The translations under genes and the position numbers were made by a program. Shown one piece after another: positions 60,026-64,000 of a DNA stretch of 64,000 bases (position 1 is its first letter; each line of letters starts with the position of its first letter). The DNA lies in NCBI GenBank assembly GCA_002633005.1, contig NMRA01000408.1, positions 316,919-380,918 of the forward strand, written 5' to 3'. Under the pieces are notes generated by a model, which searched no databases, had not been told where the DNA came from, and saw nothing but the letters and a program-made list of their open reading frames with translations. This stretch comes from Phoronis australis (taxonomy: Eukaryota; Animalia; Phoronida).

Positions 60026-62789
60026 TAAATATAGGTTATCCCACATACATGGGAATATTGTTGCCATATCCTATCGAGAATTCATTTCATCTGGGAATGT
60101 CCCAACGATACCGAGGTCGTTATCCCCCGTATTCTAGATCCCGAGTGGATTTTGGAGAACACGAGAGAAAAATTTCACTGAATTAAAATTTCGTTTCTAT
60201 AGCCCTCGGGGATTTTGGAAAATTATCACCCGAGGGGCTAGCGGCAAATTTTTCTCTCATGTTCTCTCACGTGTAAATCACCAATCTCCAATTTGAATGC
60301 GGGTATCGTGTCGTCGGGATCCTTTGACTTGAGCATTATACTCAGTTAAATTAAGGTTTAGCAACTATTATAGTTTACTACACAGTTTATCATGCTAAGC
60401 TTCGACAGGAAAACTATCGTCTGCTAAAGTAGGTTACCACTAGCAGAGACCGTAGAGAGGGAGACAAACCACCTAGCGAAATTCCATTGGACGGCCACTG
60501 GCGGCCATTGTTGTTTCATGGACCGTAGAGACGTCTAACAGACGTGTGTGCAATAGACAAATATGGCAAGACTTGACGGCTCCAGTCGGTAAAAAGCAAA
60601 GGTGCTTTTTGCTATACCTGTATCTGCATCAACAGTTAATTGAAAATTCGTGACTTTTTTGCTGCCCCACTGATTAAGATAGATGATGTTCACGATTGAA
60701 ACAAAGAATGTTTTTGTGTGAAACTGTCAACCAGTGATGGACCGGGTGATTTGAACTTAATGTCTTTACTGTTCCCTGCATTTGATCGCTTAATAGAAAA
60801 TTATCATTATTTGTTTGCATGATTTTGGGAACTATTGATTAGTTTATTCTATGTCCATTGATTACTTTGTTTCATTTCTTTCTGCAGTCTTAATACATTC
60901 AGATCTAAATGATTATAATATTTACTATTATTACTTATTTAGTAATTTTATTATTGTTATGTTATCATATATGTGTTTTATTATTCTTTATTTATTATTA
61001 TTTATTTTTATTTTTTATTCATTGTTTTTATTGATTCGCTGTTACTTATTTAAATTATTTCTTGTGATCCCATACAGTTAACATTCTGGCCATCGTTGGT
61101 CAATAATTTACATTATGTAATCATGATATGGACTTCAGTGCATAAAAAATATTAATTGTATGGTTTGGTAACCCGCTTGATAATTTTCCATAAGAAGTGT
61201 CGAAGGAAGTGTTCTTTTAAAAGCACATTGAGTCTTACATCGGTGGGTACTTCGTTAGTATGTGTATTACCTTGGAAACCCCGTCACACTCAGTGACGAT
61301 GTCGTTTCTTTAGATTTTTGTTTTGACACGGGTCTTAAAACATCAAGTCAGGAAACAAGGCGTCCTTATGTTATTTACTTTGAAGTTGGAAACTTTTACT
61401 TGCCGATGTAGGTTCAATATGCCTTAGCTAACTGCTGATAGTTGATTTTAGAAAGTGTGAATGTTTTATGAGAGGTGGAACGCATCGTAAAAACTACCCT
61501 AAATGGACTGTGTATCCAATAGGCGTCTTGGCTATGGGCATATAAGGCAGGTTTATTGGAATGCAGACAGGAATTCCATCTGTTGCTGGTTTTCAACCCC
61601 CTACCCCTCTTGAATCCAGTTTCATTCAACACAACCCACCGTAATTTCGCTACCCATTTCAGATATCATCAGGCACGGATGCTGGGGGTCCAGTGAATCA
61701 GTCCCAAATAGCGACTCCACTCTATTCCCTTGAAACTACTGCATATTTGTGGAGTGAGTTTGTAGCATGAATATAAGGGTCTTCAAATGCAAACTTGGAC
61801 TAGAAACTCACAGGCATAAACTATACTATATTCGAGCACAGTCTGATAACCACTTATATTGAGTTCGGACAAAAGGAGCAGAGAAATTGACAAACACAAT
61901 TTCTAGTTCGTTTCGAGTACAAAGACTAAAGATCAGCCAGTGGTTTGTCAGTAGCTATCGATAGTTCAAATTCACCGTGCTGTATTTTTGTTTTCTCGTC
62001 CATGCAGTTACCGGGCATTTTACGAAACATTAATTCTTGATGGGACCCAGGGGATCTGTTAGTGGATTTCACTACGTTCCTTAAATCTTCTCACCACTTT
62101 GTGGAGTTTGTTTACTCACTTTGTTTACTCGTTTATGGGATTTTTTTCACCTCTTCATCTTTATTATAAGGTCCTCTTTTATTCATGACATTTTCTAATA
62201 ATCTGAAAGCTGGACCCTAGTATTTTAATGAAAATAAATGTAGGTGCCTCTTAAATTATGTTCATTGAATGAAAATAAGTTCAGCCCTGCTATTCTTTCT
62301 TAATATAATACTCTAAAAGGCTTTGACGTCGTTAAATTTACTTTCGCTATGAACATTAAAAATGGACTAAGTGGAGAAGATAAAATAGTGAAAGAGTTTG
62401 GACATTGAAGGGAATGGCTTCATGTCTGTCCATTGTCAGCGAGACCAAGGACACACATAATGGGGAGGCTATCTATTCTTGATTCTGGATAGGCGTCGGC
62501 TGTATTTTCATTAATTGAATTCGCCTAGACAAATCATAAGGTTAGGACCATTACACAACCGTACTTCCATAAAAAACAAAGTTCACGTACGTGTCAATTT
62601 GACGCATTGTTGTCGTAACAAAACACTCAAAATGGGGCTAAACAGTAATGTATTTTACTCATATAGAGCAAAACAAGCTATAGGCTAATTCAGTAAGGTC
62701 ATTGGCTTTCTTTCCAGCCCGCGTTGACTTGTCGAGTTGTTTAGTCGCTCTCAAAAATACCTTTTTAAAACCATTTCTGTGATCTCGTG

Positions 62790-63060
62790 TCCTCGGACGG
62801 CCACACTCCTTCCCTCGTTCCGCTCACTGAGTTTCCAAAAGTCCTTTAACTGTTTATGCGTTTTTCTGATTGCGGGAACAGTTTACCTAGTCTGGACCCA
62901 CTGTCCCTCCAAGCGTGTTGCTTCCGTTGACTTCTTTTGGCATCCCTTTTGTTGCTCTTCTTCTATGACATCAATTTGTTCTGTAATCAGTCCTGTGAGG
63001 AAATCTTCCACAGGAGAAAAGTGTTCAGACGTTTTTCTACTTATTTTATTGACGACAAAG
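62790..63060 (-). mobile_element. Myb/SANT-like (trihelix) DNA-binding relic, Harbinger-type accessory gene
   Basis: RKTSEHFSPVEDFLTGLITEQIDVIEE...*TVPAIRKTHKQLKDFWK resembles the R..NFS..E...I....RT...IKKKW..LK pattern. Disrupted. Confidence 0.45.
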
Positions 63061-63771
63061 CCACCAGGAAAATACGTCTGCACTGTTTCTACCTAGAACT
63101 GTGTGCTTTCATTGAAACCCACACAGTTCCATTGAAGCACTTCAATAGTTTCTTTGTTAGGGTAACCCAGCTCCACACAGTGGGGTGCCTTGGCTACTTT
63201 AAACCAGGTTTCATTGAACCCGCTCCTTGTAAACAATGAGCTACATGGAGCGTTGAAATGCACACACGACTGCAATGCAATTCCAGTAGTGTTTTTAATA
63301 TCGTAAAATGGCCATTTAACGGCACTGAATACATTGAACCTATCCAAAACAAGAAGTCGTCTTCTCTCTAAGAACACTGTTCGGCAAAATTAAATGAAAA
63401 TCTGCAAAGGAACTCTAAAGACAGACAGGCTTAAGTCACTTTTTTAAAAAAAATTCAAATCGGAGGCACAGCATTGGTCCAACTGTTGTCGAGTTTAAGA
63501 TAGGATTACACGCGCCAAATTGTGACCTTTCAAGAGGTTAAGTAGATATAAACTCAGATTTAACAAGACAAACGCGGAGCGTTGAAATGCGCCAACGACA
63601 CCAATGCAAACGGCGTGGTGCAATCAGTATTTTTAGAATCATAAAAATGTCCATTAGATGCCGCATGTTGCGTAATACGCCATCACTGCACAAAATTATT
63701 TGTGCCGTTGCCGTCTGTCATGGGATGTATAATAAAGCACTTGGGTGAAAACAGTTATTGCACAGATATCA

Positions 63772-63836
63772 GGTCCTCGGTAGCTCAGTCGGAAGAGCAC
63801 GAGACCGGCAATCTTGAGATCTGTGGTTCGACCCCC
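63772..63836 (+). mobile_element. tRNA-derived SINE head or tRNA pseudogene running into a satellite
   Basis: TAGCTCAGTCGGAAGAGC D-arm/A box, CGAGA-7nt-TCTTG anticodon-like arm, GGTTCGACCCC B box. No 3' acceptor strand. Confidence 0.6.
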
Positions 63837-64000
63837 AGAGTGTGAGAGTGTGAGAGTGTGAGAGTGTGAGAGTGTGAGAGTGTGAGAGTGTGAGAGTGTG
63901 AGAGTGTGAGAGTGTGAGAGTGTGAGAGTGTGAGAGTGTGAGAGTGTGAGAGTGTGAGAGTGTGAGAGTGTGAGAGTGTGAGAGTGTGAGAGTGTGAGAG
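63837..64000 (+). repeat. (TGTGAGAG)n perfect 8-bp tandem repeat, continuing past the window end
   Basis: About 20 identical units visible. Confidence 0.95.

Noticed and set aside
60560-60630. SKGAFCYTC peptide resembling a TTF-type zinc finger of hAT elements
   Set aside because: Too short and disrupted to support a call.

Overview
Eukaryotic genomic DNA: AT-rich, GT-AG introns and many repeats, most likely from a bilaterian invertebrate (species not determinable from sequence). The ORF track mostly shows exon fragments and spurious frames. I reconstructed four protein-coding genes by hand with phase-consistent splice sites. (1) Na+/K+-ATPase beta subunit, minus strand, 6 coding exons, 310 aa. 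(2) An intronless WDR4/Trm82-like gene, plus strand, 401 aa, head-to-head with gene 1 (308 bp between start codons). (3) An LRRC74-like LRR + EF-hand gene, plus strand, 12 coding exons, about 521 aa. (4) A secreted trypsin-like protease, minus strand, 8 exons, 294 aa, with a Leu|IVGG activation site and a basic (GKGN)n tail. Introns and intergenic DNA hold transposon relics: a Penelope-like element, a LINE fragment, two Kolobok-type THAP elements, a Harbinger-type Myb/SANT relic, several MITE families (one with 5-bp TSDs), tRNA-derived SINE heads and microsatellites. The most unusual signals are a tRNA-headed repeat carrying a hammerhead-ribozyme-like core with an inverted duplication of its tail (10583-11023), and a covarying stem/hairpin motif shared by two divergent loci (about 27.0 kb and 35.1-35.9 kb). 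Assembly gaps lie at 22925-22989 and 38891-39052, with single Ns at 12991 and 29935.
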